DNA from: an uncultured Kofleriaceae bacterium
GTDB lineage: Bacteria > Myxococcota_A > Polyangia > HGW-17
Direction: 5' to 3'
NCBI GenBank assembly: GCA_964618145.1
Contig: CAZTZR010000007.1
Location: 2,010-66,009, forward strand
DNA length: 64,000 nucleotides
Below, piece after piece: positions 47,181 through 56,993 of this stretch (position 1 is its first letter; every line of letters begins with the position of its first letter). Below the pieces are notes generated by a model. That model was not told where the DNA came from, searched no databases, and saw nothing but the letters and a program-made list of their open reading frames with translations. The position numbers and the translations under genes were made by a program.

Positions 47181-48968
47181 ATGGTGAAATTCCGTTGGAA
47201 ATCGTTGATGTTCATTGCGTCCATTCTGACCGTGACCGTGGCTTTGCCCGCTTTTGCCCAGCGCAAAAAGGCAAAGACAGCGGAACCGGAAGAAGAGGAA
47301 ATGATCTTCGAAGCCGAAGATGTATCCAAAACCCTTGTTTCCAAGAAAATGGTGCGGGGTGAGGACTTCCTCAAAAAGGCTGAACGCGGAATGGCCCAGA
47401 GCGCTCCCCAGGAGCAGATTCTGGTTTATCTCCAGAGTTCCACCATCTACCTGAAGCAGGTTCTGGAAAAGGACAACCGCGAGGACTCCTTCGATACCAA
47501 GCAGAAGGCGCAGTACCTCATGGGAAAATGCCTGTATTATCTCGGGTATTACTCTGCCTCCAAAAACTACTTTGAACGCATTGTGGATCAGGGGGATGCC
47601 CACCCCTACTACAAGATGACCCTGAAATACCTGGTATCCTTGCAGCAGAAAATGCCCGAATCCGCAGGCATTCTGCCCCAGATCGGCAAATACAGCGAGG
47701 AGTATCTGGAAGACAAGGAACTGGCCAATTTCCGTTCCCAGTTGCTGTACTACCTTGGCCGCTACCATTACGTGGACGGGCGCCTGGAGAAGGCCGCCGA
47801 GATGTTCGCGAAGGTGGCGCCGAGCACCCGGACCGCAGAGGGCGGGTACTACCTGAAGAGCAAGGTGTTCGAAGGCATTACCATGGTGCGCCTCGGCAAG
47901 CCGGTGGACGCCATCAAACGCTTCAACTCCATCATCATTTTTGCCCAGAAGAATCCTACGTTCCCGGAAATCGGGGACTATCTGGAACTGGCCAACCTTT
48001 CGCTGGCCCGTGTGTACTACCAGGCCGGCCGTGTTGCCATCGGCGCCTTCGCGCAGACCCGCAAGGGCAATTTCGCGAAACTCGCGGAAAAATACCTGAC
48101 ACTTTCCATTGCCTTTTTCGAAAAGGTTCCCCAGAACAGCCACAACTGGCTGCAGAGCCTGTTTGAACAGTCCTGGGCCTACTTCATCCTGGATGCCATG
48201 CTCCGCCCGCACTTCAAGAAAGACTACGGCGGCTTCCAGAAGGCACTCGGAAACATCCACACACTCAATGCTCCCTTCTTCGAGAACTTTTTCTTCCCGG
48301 AATCACTGATCCTCCGGGCAGTCATCTATTTCCAGAACTGCCGCATCAACGAGGCGAACGAAGCCCTCGCCGAATTCGGTCGCGTATATCCCAAAATGCA
48401 ACTGGAGGTTCGCGAGGTTTCCGACAAGCACAAGATGGATGACGACGATGATGATCAGGCGTATTTCAAGTATGTCCAGAACATCCTTGCCGACAAGGCC
48501 GGTCTGAATCCCCGCCTGTCCCGCCTGGTGAAGAGTGCCCTTCGGGACCGCACCTTCGAGCGCCGCATCGAGTTCATTGACGAACTGAACCGGGAAATCA
48601 AACAGGTCAACGCCTCGGACCGCAGTTGGGCCAGTTCCGACATCGCCCGCGAAATCCGCGAGGATCTGGAGTTCCAGAAAATCAACGCCGAAACCGAAGC
48701 TGGAAAACTGGCCCGTGACCGCATCCGCCGTCTGGATGATGAACTCACCCGCCTGGTTCTCCAGTATGGTGACGTGAAGATCGAACTGAACAACCTGCGT
48801 CTGCGTCGTGTGACCGCCCGGGCCAAGGCATCCCAGACCACCAAGGTGGATGTCATGAACGTGGTTGTCGATGACGAACATGTGATCTGGCCGTTCACCG
48901 GCGAATACTGGCAGGACGAACTGGGATACTACCGTTTCATCGTTCGTTCCACCTGTGGCAGCAACTGA
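47181..48968 (+). CDS. Exported TPR-repeat protein (595 aa) with an internal poly-Asp run.
   Basis: Signal peptide MVKFRWKSLMFIASILTVTVALPAFAQ. Multiple TPR-like helical hairpins (YYLGYYSASKNYFERIV..., LARVYYQAGR...). HKMDDDDDDQAYF. C-terminal coiled-coil. Confidence 0.7.
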   Translation: MVKFRWKSLMFIASILTVTVALPAFAQRKKAKTAEPEEEEMIFEAEDVSKTLVSKKMVRGEDFLKKAERGMAQSAPQEQILVYLQSSTIYLKQVLEKDNREDSFDTKQKAQYLMGKCLYYLGYYSASKNYFERIVDQGDAHPYYKMTLKYLVSLQQKMPESAGILPQIGKYSEEYLEDKELANFRSQLLYYLGRYHYVDGRLEKAAEMFAKVAPSTRTAEGGYYLKSKVFEGITMVRLGKPVDAIKRFNSIIIFAQKNPTFPEIGDYLELANLSLARVYYQAGRVAIGAFAQTRKGNFAKLAEKYLTLSIAFFEKVPQNSHNWLQSLFEQSWAYFILDAMLRPHFKKDYGGFQKALGNIHTLNAPFFENFFFPESLILRAVIYFQNCRINEANEALAEFGRVYPKMQLEVREVSDKHKMDDDDDDQAYFKYVQNILADKAGLNPRLSRLVKSALRDRTFERRIEFIDELNREIKQVNASDRSWASSDIAREIREDLEFQKINAETEAGKLARDRIRRLDDELTRLVLQYGDVKIELNNLRLRRVTARAKASQTTKVDVMNVVVDDEHVIWPFTGEYWQDELGYYRFIVRSTCGSN

Positions 48969-49033
48969 ACCGTGTCAATGTATTGTACCCATCCGGGTTT
49001 TTATTCCTTCCACCAATTTGATCGAGGAACGCC

Positions 49034-52000
49034 ATGAGGAAATTCTGTCTTTGGATCGTACCCGTGATGTTGATTGGTCTTCCGGCGGTGGTTTTCGCAC
49101 AGAAAACCGATGCCAAGCGGGACATCAAGCATCGTGAGGACAAATCACTTGAAGTCTCCAAGGATGAACTGATTGCCAAGGCAAAAAAAGAGCAGGAGGC
49201 TGGTCAGGCCAGCATCAAGTATGAAGATTTCGTCGGGAACGTGAAACGATCCCAGAATCTGAAACTGCCCATCCTGCAACAGCAGGAACAGCAATTGAAG
49301 CGGCAGTTGCAGATCATGCGCAAGGATGACCGGCGCCGTGTGGAATACCTGTTCCGGCTGGCCGACATCTACGTGCAGTACGAGCAGATCTACAAGTTCC
49401 GTTTTGGTGAGAGTGTCGAAGCCCTGGGAAACGCCAAGACCGCCGCTGACAAGAAGCGACTGGAAAAGGCCCGCAACGACAACGCCCGGCTCCAGAAAAA
49501 ATATCTGGAACTCGCGCTCAAGGAACTCAACGACATTACGGTCACCAAGGCGTTTGCGGACTGGGGCCGCATGGACGAGGTCCTGTTCAAACTCGGGGAC
49601 ATCGCCCGTGAACTGGGTTACCAGGACATCATGCAGGAAAAGTTCCGCAAACTGTTGCGTGAACATCCGCAGTCCAATTTCATCCCCAACGTGCATCTGG
49701 CCTTCGCGGAATTCTACTTCCGCCAGGGGAGAGCCGGCTTGAAACTGGCCACGGAATACTATTCCAAGGTTGTTCATAACCCCAAGTCCAAGGGGACCAA
49801 TATTTATTTTTACGCCCGTCGCATGCTCGGCTGGTGCTTCTTCAACCTACAGGATTTCGTGCGTGCCCAGAGCGAGTTCCTTTTCGTGGCGCAAAATGCC
49901 AAGCAGGAAACCCTCAAGCGGCAGACCCGCCGGGAAGTCGTCATGGCCTATTCCATGCGCGGCAACAAGGAACAGGCGTTCAACTTCTTCCAGCACCAAC
50001 TGGGTGCGGAACATGTACGTGACCTGTATCTCATGCTGGCCCGGGAATACTTCACCCAGGGCAACATGCCCAACATGATCTGGATTTATGACGACCTTCT
50101 CAAGCGGTTTCCCCAGGATGTCCAGCGTTGCGAATGGCTCCGGGAAATCTATCTGGGTTACCGCCTGGAACAGAATACGGACCGGATCGCCGATACCCTG
50201 GAAAGGATCGTCCTGAGCATGGGGGAACTGCAGAAGCAGCATGGCGAAAAGAAAATGGAAGTCATGGTCTGTACGGACTTCACAAAACGGGCCCTGTATG
50301 ACCAGGCCAAGCGCTGGTACATCCAGTACGACCGTGCCAAGAACCGCGCAGCCGAGAACGTGGAGCAACTGCTCAATGCGGCGGCCCGCATGTATCGGCG
50401 GTTTCTGGAATTCTTCCCCAACGACGACGATGCCTACGACATGCGGTACGACTATGCCCAGTTGCTAGGCGACATGGCAGAGAACCTGGAGCGTGTCAGC
50501 CGTGGCAAAAACGAACAGGCGGTGCGCGAAGCCCATCGTACGGCGGCCCGGGAATACACCCAACTTCTCCGCTGGGACCGGTTGCCCCCCAATCTGACCC
50601 AGCAGCAGTTCGAGAAAAACCGCGAGGACATCGGTCTGGCCACGGTATCCCATTACCTTCGGGTGCTCAATGTCGACTTCGAGCGGGAAAACAAGGTTCG
50701 CCAGAAGCGGGCCGACGATTACCTGCGTCGCCGTAACTGCCTGGCTGCCAAGCAGAAGACCGAGGCCGCCGGCAAGAAGTTCACCCGGAAGTGCCCGGAA
50801 TTTGAAAAGAACCTGCCCATTCCGCCCGAGTTGAAGGAAGTCATCGACGTATTCAATCTTTATGTCGAGTACGTCAAGACAGGCAAGATTCTCGCCACCA
50901 TCAAATACAACCGTGCGATGATCTTTTACATGTACCGCAACTTCAACGAGGCCATTCCCCTGTTCCAGGACACCATCCGGACCGTCCATGCTGACGACCC
51001 CGAGACAGCCCTGCAGGCGGCCTTGTACCTCATGATTGCCTACGACGCCGAAGACCGGTTCGAAGACATGGTGGACATGATCACCGAACTTCTGAAGCCG
51101 GAATTCAACAAAATGTTCAATTTCAATGCCGAATCCAAGAAGTTCCGCGCCACCCTGGAAGCCAGGAAGCTGGAGAACATGGAAAACGAAGTGGCCAAGC
51201 GCGGCGAGGAAGGCCGTTACCGCGAAGCCGGCGAGATGCTTCTGGGAATGGCCCGGGAGTTCACCTCCGATACCAAGAAAGTCATCCAGTACTACACTTC
51301 GGCTTCCGTGGCCTTCGAGAAGGCGGGCATGGTGGGACAAGCCATCACCGCGCTCAATGAACTGCGCAACAAATTCGGAGATGGAGCCACCCGCAATGAT
51401 CCGCAGGTGATCAATTCCTACATCCGTTCGGGACAATTGTTCGAGCAGATCGCCATTTTCGAGGCGGCCGCCGCCCGGTATGACGAGTTTTTCAATCGCT
51501 ATCCCCGGGATCCCGATGCCGTACGCGCCGCCCGTCGTGCGGTACAGCTGACCTGGTGGTCCGGCGACCTCAAGGCTGCCGAGAAAAAAGCCCAGGAATA
51601 CATTGAGCGGTTATACAAGATGGGCGCCCAGCAATTCCGCGGTGACGTGTCCTACCTGTACTTCATGCTGCACCAGTTCCACGAGGATCGTCGGGATCGC
51701 AGTGGACGTGCCACCGGTACAAACATGGTCATGCACTACCTGAACCGGTACATTGACACCATGGGCCGCAACCAGGTGGATGACCTCATGATCCGTGTTC
51801 TGGCCAAGCAGGGCAAGATCAACTGGGATCAGTCCTGTCCGGTTCCCACGCGTTACGGTATCTGCATGAGCATTTATTATGTGGAGAGGCGTTCCGCCAC
51901 CGACAAGTGGAAAGTCGCCCAGGTGCGGTTTGAACGTCGGGATCGCTCCAAGGTCCGTGCGGCAGTCCAGAAGTTCGAGGACGCCATCAAGGTATACAAC

Positions 52001-52651
52001 CGTTGGAGCAAGACACAGACCATCCATGGGGCACTGGATGGTGCGGACCGGGTGGCCCGTATCAACGAAGCCCTTGACGCCGTGGCACTGGCCAAGTTCC
52101 ATCTGGCTGAGGCTTCCTATGAAGAAGTCATCTCCATGGATCTGCCCGAGTTGACCATGCGGTCCAAGAAGGATCAGGAACAGTCCATGAAGGCCATCCT
52201 GAAGTGGATTGAAACCCAGACCCGATTGATTGAACGCAACAAGAAACTGTACGAAGAGGCTGCTTCCCTGATGCTGGGTCGCCGTCACAACAGTTGGTAC
52301 ATTCCGGCCGCCGGCCGGTTTGGCGCCATCTACAAGAACTTCGTGACACGGATGAAGGGCATGCGCTTTGGCGATGAAATCGAAAAGAACATCGAACTGA
52401 AACTGGAAATCCAGGACATGTTCGCCCGTTCCTACGAAAAGATGGAGGATATCGCCAAGCAGGGCTTTGAAGCATGCGTCAAAAGCGCCCAGCGTGCTGG
52501 CCGATATGACGAATGGTTCGAATTCTGTGAAAACGAATTGGCCGAAATGAGGCGTTCCGTTTCTCCGGTGTCTGACGAAGTCTGGGGAGAAGCGGAATTC
52601 AAGGATTTGAAACCATCCACTTCCACCGTGGTTCCGCTTCCGGTCCGCTAG
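49034..52651 (+). CDS. Giant exported TPR/coiled-coil protein (1205 aa).
   Basis: Signal peptide MRKFCLWIVPVMLIGLPAVVFAQ. TPR-like units run throughout (YLFRLADIYVQYEQ, FAEFYFRQGRAGLKLATEYYSKV, and others). Confidence 0.75.
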   Translation: MRKFCLWIVPVMLIGLPAVVFAQKTDAKRDIKHREDKSLEVSKDELIAKAKKEQEAGQASIKYEDFVGNVKRSQNLKLPILQQQEQQLKRQLQIMRKDDRRRVEYLFRLADIYVQYEQIYKFRFGESVEALGNAKTAADKKRLEKARNDNARLQKKYLELALKELNDITVTKAFADWGRMDEVLFKLGDIARELGYQDIMQEKFRKLLREHPQSNFIPNVHLAFAEFYFRQGRAGLKLATEYYSKVVHNPKSKGTNIYFYARRMLGWCFFNLQDFVRAQSEFLFVAQNAKQETLKRQTRREVVMAYSMRGNKEQAFNFFQHQLGAEHVRDLYLMLAREYFTQGNMPNMIWIYDDLLKRFPQDVQRCEWLREIYLGYRLEQNTDRIADTLERIVLSMGELQKQHGEKKMEVMVCTDFTKRALYDQAKRWYIQYDRAKNRAAENVEQLLNAAARMYRRFLEFFPNDDDAYDMRYDYAQLLGDMAENLERVSRGKNEQAVREAHRTAAREYTQLLRWDRLPPNLTQQQFEKNREDIGLATVSHYLRVLNVDFERENKVRQKRADDYLRRRNCLAAKQKTEAAGKKFTRKCPEFEKNLPIPPELKEVIDVFNLYVEYVKTGKILATIKYNRAMIFYMYRNFNEAIPLFQDTIRTVHADDPETALQAALYLMIAYDAEDRFEDMVDMITELLKPEFNKMFNFNAESKKFRATLEARKLENMENEVAKRGEEGRYREAGEMLLGMAREFTSDTKKVIQYYTSASVAFEKAGMVGQAITALNELRNKFGDGATRNDPQVINSYIRSGQLFEQIAIFEAAAARYDEFFNRYPRDPDAVRAARRAVQLTWWSGDLKAAEKKAQEYIERLYKMGAQQFRGDVSYLYFMLHQFHEDRRDRSGRATGTNMVMHYLNRYIDTMGRNQVDDLMIRVLAKQGKINWDQSCPVPTRYGICMSIYYVERRSATDKWKVAQVRFERRDRSKVRAAVQKFEDAIKVYNRWSKTQTIHGALDGADRVARINEALDAVALAKFHLAEASYEEVISMDLPELTMRSKKDQEQSMKAILKWIETQTRLIERNKKLYEEAASLMLGRRHNSWYIPAAGRFGAIYKNFVTRMKGMRFGDEIEKNIELKLEIQDMFARSYEKMEDIAKQGFEACVKSAQRAGRYDEWFEFCENELAEMRRSVSPVSDEVWGEAEFKDLKPSTSTVVPLPVR

Positions 52652-52671
52652 GGTAAGGTGAGGAGAAGACC

Positions 52672-54471
52672 ATGAAAACACGCAATATCATCCTGATTGT
52701 TCTTGTCACGTGGATTTTTGGCGCCTGCACCGGTGGAAAGAAGGACGAAACCACGACACCGGTGGCAGATGGGCCCGGACCCCGCACGGGGCCGCCGCCC
52801 GGATCCATTGATCCCAAGACCGGTGAAGTGGTCCCGGCTGGCGGTCCTGCCGCCGGTCCCGTGACCACTGAAGACCGGACGTTGTCCCGCAACCTGGCCA
52901 CCCGCTTCCAGGAAGTGCTCAAGAGTTTCTTTGAAGCGTCCGACAAGGGCTGGCCGAAAGCCGAATGTGAAAAGGTTGGCAAGGCCTTTTTGGCCCTCAA
53001 CAAGGAAGCCGGCGGCGAACGGATTGCCTCTTTTGCCTACAATGCAGGGGTGGCCTACAGCCGTTGCAACATGACCAAGCAGGCGAGGGAAGCCTATCAA
53101 CTGGCCTTGTCGATTGATCCGCATTTTCCTTCCGCAAAATCGGGACTTCTTTTGCTGGATCTCAAAAACCCGGAAGATTACCTGAAACATGAAGCCGATC
53201 TGATGCGGGATTCCTATGCGATGCAGGATCCGGACATCCAGTACAATCTGGCCCTTGCCTACTTCATTCAGTATTCCAGGGCCGGAAATGCCAAGGTACG
53301 TGCCCAGTTGCTCGATGCCCTGCGCAAGGCACTGGCCTCTTCGGGCAGGATTCCCAATGAAACACTTGAGGGAACCCGGATTCGTCTCAAGATTTACGGC
53401 CTCGCCATCCTGTTTTACCTGGAGGCTGATCGGCGCAAGGATGCCAATGCGAACCTGGCCCGTATTTTCATCGGCCAGGCCCGCGATTATTTCAAACCGT
53501 GCACGGGCGAGCAGGGGGTCAAGGACGTGTATGCCCGCGAAGCGCTTGCCATGTATTACAACGCGTATGGATTGTATGTCCTTAGCCAGGGAACTCTGGG
53601 TCCGGCCTTCGACGAGTTCAAGAAGGCACAGGAATGCGAACCCGAGAATCTTGCGGCGAACCTGAACATCGGTATGTTGGGGGTCAGCGTCCGCGAGCCC
53701 GAGATGGCCATCAAGGCGTTGGAACTGGTGACCACCCGCTATCCGAAAATCCCCGAAATCCGCGAGGCCGAACTGGCCCTGGCCGTGTCTTACAAGGTGT
53801 TTGCCATGACCCTGCAGGACATGTCCGAAAACCAGTTCGCCAACAAGGAACGTATCCAGATGGAAATCGATCGTTTCCGGGAAGCCATCAAACTGGGTGA
53901 AGCCCAATTGCAGGTCTACGAACAAATCATCAAGGGGGACAACGTCCGCGCCCTGATTCCGAAACTGGCCGAAATCACTGGTGGTGACGCCCGCGCCATG
54001 CAGGCCCAGTTGGACAAGGGGGATGTGACCGTCAAGATGATTCAGGATGACGTGGCCCGTGTCCAGCCGCGTATTGCCACCGCAGTACGCGATGTGCTTC
54101 CCGCGAGAATCAAGGAAAAAGAAGAGGAACTGGCCCGTCTTGAAGACGCCAACAAACTGCGTGCCGAGGCGCGTGGATTTTTTGAAAAGTCCCGTACCCA
54201 GTACGAGAAAACCCTGGCAGCCATTCCGAACGATTACCGGGTGGCGTTCAATCTTGCCATGTTGTACTACAAGGCCGGAGATCTGCTTGGGGATCTGACG
54301 GGCAATTACAAAAAGGCGCAGGATCTGTTTGACCGCGTATTCAAAAACAAACAAACACCGAAGCAGTACAAGGACTTTGCTGAAAAGCACAGTTCTGACA
54401 TTCGGTCCGCGCTGGTTCGTCTGAAGGAAATCGAAGACGAAAAGAAAAAAGCCCCTGAAGCCCCCAAATAA
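52672..54471 (+). CDS. TPR-repeat lipoprotein (599 aa).
   Basis: Lipobox LVTWIFGACTGG. Pro/Gly linker, then TPR units (YNAGVAYSRCNMTKQAREAYQLALSIDP, YNLALAYFIQY, FNLAMLYYKAGD). Confidence 0.75.
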   Translation: MKTRNIILIVLVTWIFGACTGGKKDETTTPVADGPGPRTGPPPGSIDPKTGEVVPAGGPAAGPVTTEDRTLSRNLATRFQEVLKSFFEASDKGWPKAECEKVGKAFLALNKEAGGERIASFAYNAGVAYSRCNMTKQAREAYQLALSIDPHFPSAKSGLLLLDLKNPEDYLKHEADLMRDSYAMQDPDIQYNLALAYFIQYSRAGNAKVRAQLLDALRKALASSGRIPNETLEGTRIRLKIYGLAILFYLEADRRKDANANLARIFIGQARDYFKPCTGEQGVKDVYAREALAMYYNAYGLYVLSQGTLGPAFDEFKKAQECEPENLAANLNIGMLGVSVREPEMAIKALELVTTRYPKIPEIREAELALAVSYKVFAMTLQDMSENQFANKERIQMEIDRFREAIKLGEAQLQVYEQIIKGDNVRALIPKLAEITGGDARAMQAQLDKGDVTVKMIQDDVARVQPRIATAVRDVLPARIKEKEEELARLEDANKLRAEARGFFEKSRTQYEKTLAAIPNDYRVAFNLAMLYYKAGDLLGDLTGNYKKAQDLFDRVFKNKQTPKQYKDFAEKHSSDIRSALVRLKEIEDEKKKAPEAPK

Positions 54472-54549
54472 ATCGGGTTTCATCCCCAAAACACTTTCAT
54501 GGAAAAGTCTGTTTGCGTATACTCCCACTCCGAAAGGGAGAGTTGCCGG

Positions 54550-55086
54550 ATGAGTCTTGAGTCTGCTTCCCTGTTGAGAAACATGTTTTTGTCCCGGAAA
54601 ATCAGAAGATGGCGCTATGCCACGGTGGGGTGGCTGGTCGGGGTTGTTCTGGTCGGCACATGGATGCCGACCCCCGCCGGGGCGACCGATGATGACGGTA
54701 GAAAAGCCATGGAAGAAATTCTGGATATTTCCAGAAACTGGACCGTCGAGGAAACCCGGGGAACCATTCAGTACAAATTGAATCTGACACTGAATGGAAA
54801 TACGGAAGGAATTCTGGGAGAACTTGCCGGTGAGGGCACCGTGCAGGTCAAGGACAAGCAGGTTCGAATCACCATGACCGCCCAGTTGACACAGGGGCGG
54901 TATACGTATGTCACGCGCTATCCTGCCTTGATTTTTACGTTCACCGGAAGAATCCGGTCTTCAGATCCCTCCGTTTTTCCAGTCAAGGAAACCATTTCCC
55001 AGCAGGAAACCCTTCTGCTGAAGGACGGCAGGCTTTGTCCGCTGTCCGTGCGGCAGAATCCCACCTGCATGCAACCCGTGAAATGA
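54550..55086 (+). CDS. Small secreted protein. Function unknown.
   Basis: N-terminal hydrophobic segment ATVGWLVGVVLVGTWMPTPAGA. The start is uncertain (54550 or 54583). Confidence 0.4.
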   Translation: MSLESASLLRNMFLSRKIRRWRYATVGWLVGVVLVGTWMPTPAGATDDDGRKAMEEILDISRNWTVEETRGTIQYKLNLTLNGNTEGILGELAGEGTVQVKDKQVRITMTAQLTQGRYTYVTRYPALIFTFTGRIRSSDPSVFPVKETISQQETLLLKDGRLCPLSVRQNPTCMQPVK

Positions 55087-55106
55087 ACTGAAGATCTGGA
55101 GGAATC

Positions 55107-55862
55107 ATGTCTGGACACAATAAATGGTCAACCATCAAGCATAAAAAAGGCGCTGCCGATGCCAAGCGCAGCAAGGTTTTCACCAAAATCCTGAAGGAAA
55201 TCACCGTGGCCGCCCGCCTGGGTGGAGGGGATCCGTCCGGCAATCCGCGTTTGCGTGCCGCCATGGACAAGGCCCGAATCGCAAACATGCCCAAAGACAA
55301 CATGGAACGCGCCATCAAGAAGGGTACCGGGGAACTCGAAGGCGTATCCTACGAGGAAATCGTATACGAAGTTTACGGCCCGGGTGGCGCGGCACTCATC
55401 GTGGAAGTCATGACCGACAATGTCAACCGCACGGTTGCTGAAATCCGCAGCATTCTGAACAAGCACAACGGAAATCTTGGCAAGAGCGGGGCAGTGGCAT
55501 GGAAGTTCGACCGTCGCGGGATCGTCGAAGTTTCCCGGGAAGGCACGGATGAGGATTCGCTGATGGAAGCCGCCCTGGAACTGGGCGCAGAAGACATCAA
55601 GACCGACAATGAAGAGGTGTTCACCGTTCACACCGCGGTGGCGGATCTGACCACCATTTCCGAAGCCCTTTCGGAAAAGGGCTTTTCCATTCAGACCTCC
55701 GAGATACAGATGCTCCCTCAGACCACGGTTCAATTGACAGGACGGGATGCTGAAGTGGCCTGGAAACTTTTCAACCTGCTGGACGATCACGATGATGTCC
55801 AGAATGTGTGGCACGATTTTGACATCGATGATGCGGAACTCGAAGCCATCGCCGGAAAATGA
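55107..55862 (+). CDS. yebC: YebC/PmpR-family transcriptional regulator.
   Basis: [50 protein letters not shown]... canonical. Conserved position ahead of ruvC. Confidence 0.9.
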   Translation: MSGHNKWSTIKHKKGAADAKRSKVFTKILKEITVAARLGGGDPSGNPRLRAAMDKARIANMPKDNMERAIKKGTGELEGVSYEEIVYEVYGPGGAALIVEVMTDNVNRTVAEIRSILNKHNGNLGKSGAVAWKFDRRGIVEVSREGTDEDSLMEAALELGAEDIKTDNEEVFTVHTAVADLTTISEALSEKGFSIQTSEIQMLPQTTVQLTGRDAEVAWKLFNLLDDHDDVQNVWHDFDIDDAELEAIAGK

Positions 55863-55881
55863 TCTGGTTCTTGGCCCCGGA

Positions 55882-56373
55882 ATGCGGTGGATCGGACTGG
55901 ATCCCGGTTCCAGGAAAACCGGATATGCCGTCCTGGAAATGGGTTCGGACAGGTGCGTTCGGTATCTGGAATGTGGCCTGATCACGGCGGATTCGAAGGA
56001 ACTGGCCCATCGGCTTCTGGAAATCGGGCAGGGTCTTCATGAAATCATTCAGGAATTTTCGCCATCCCATGCAGCGGTTGAGGATGTGTTTACCGCTCAG
56101 AACTCCCGTGCGGCCCTGATTCTGGGACAAGCCCGGGGGGTGGTGTTGTATGTTCTCGCTTCCTGCGGGATACCTCTTGTTTCTTATATGCCCAATCATG
56201 TGAAAAAGGCTGTCACAGGACAGGGTAGGGCATCAAAAAACCAGGTTCGCCGCAACATGATGGCACTATTGAAACTGGTGCACGAACCGGCGGAGGATGC
56301 CTCCGATGCACTGGCCCTGGCTTATTGTCATGCACTGCATGCCAACCGCCACATCCCCGGGAGGACGAGATGA
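55882..56373 (+). CDS. ruvC: Holliday junction resolvase RuvC.
   Basis: MRWIGLDPGSRKTGYAVLE... Catalytic D/E residues are in the expected context. Start at 55882. The 55747 extension was rejected. Confidence 0.9.
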   Translation: MRWIGLDPGSRKTGYAVLEMGSDRCVRYLECGLITADSKELAHRLLEIGQGLHEIIQEFSPSHAAVEDVFTAQNSRAALILGQARGVVLYVLASCGIPLVSYMPNHVKKAVTGQGRASKNQVRRNMMALLKLVHEPAEDASDALALAYCHALHANRHIPGRTR

Positions 56374-56993
56374 TCGCCTGGCTCAAGGGGCGCATTCTGG
56401 AAATGGACGAGGACCGTGTCATTCTGGTCACGCAGGACATCGGGTACGAGATCCTGTGCACCCGGACAGTTTGTATCGGCCGGAAAGCCGGTGATGAACT
56501 GGAAATCCACATCCATTCCCATTCCACCGAGCATTCCACCGAATGGTTCGGTTTCGCCACTTCCCAGGAAAAGGCGGTTTTCCGGAAACTGATTTCGGTG
56601 CAGGGAGTCGGTCCCAAGGTGGCCCTGGGAATGCTCGGGCATTTCGGCATGCGGGAGACGGTTCGACTGCTCACCAGTGGACAGGACCGGATTCTGGTGC
56701 AGGCTCCGGGTGTGGGGAAAAAACTGGCTGCCCGCATGGTGATGGAACTCAAGGAAGCGCTTTTCGTGTTTCTGGAGCGGACACCATCCATGGAAATTGC
56801 GGTTGGTTCCCCGGGCCGGGTCATGCCGGGACAACAAATGGAAAAAGCGCTCATCGCACTCAAAGGGCTGGGGTATCGCCCCCAGGAACTGTCCTCCATT
56901 ACGGAATCCCTTCTGGAGCGGGCACAAAATGGAGCTCCGGTGGATGAAATGATCCGGGAGGGACTTGCCCTGTTGCGCAAGGAGAAACCGTGA
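56370..56993 (+). CDS. ruvA: Holliday junction branch-migration protein RuvA.
   Basis: MIAWLKGRILEMDEDRVILVTQDIGYEI... The HhH region is LISVQGVGPKVAL. ATGA overlap with the ruvC stop. Confidence 0.9.
   Translation: MIAWLKGRILEMDEDRVILVTQDIGYEILCTRTVCIGRKAGDELEIHIHSHSTEHSTEWFGFATSQEKAVFRKLISVQGVGPKVALGMLGHFGMRETVRLLTSGQDRILVQAPGVGKKLAARMVMELKEALFVFLERTPSMEIAVGSPGRVMPGQQMEKALIALKGLGYRPQELSSITESLLERAQNGAPVDEMIREGLALLRKEKP

Noticed and set aside
47130-48260. Long minus-strand ORFs antisense to the TPR cluster. Also 50465..51436, 51611..52681 and 52648..54528.
   Set aside because: All are Gly/His/Leu-rich antisense readings. The sense strands have signal peptides and TPR periodicity.
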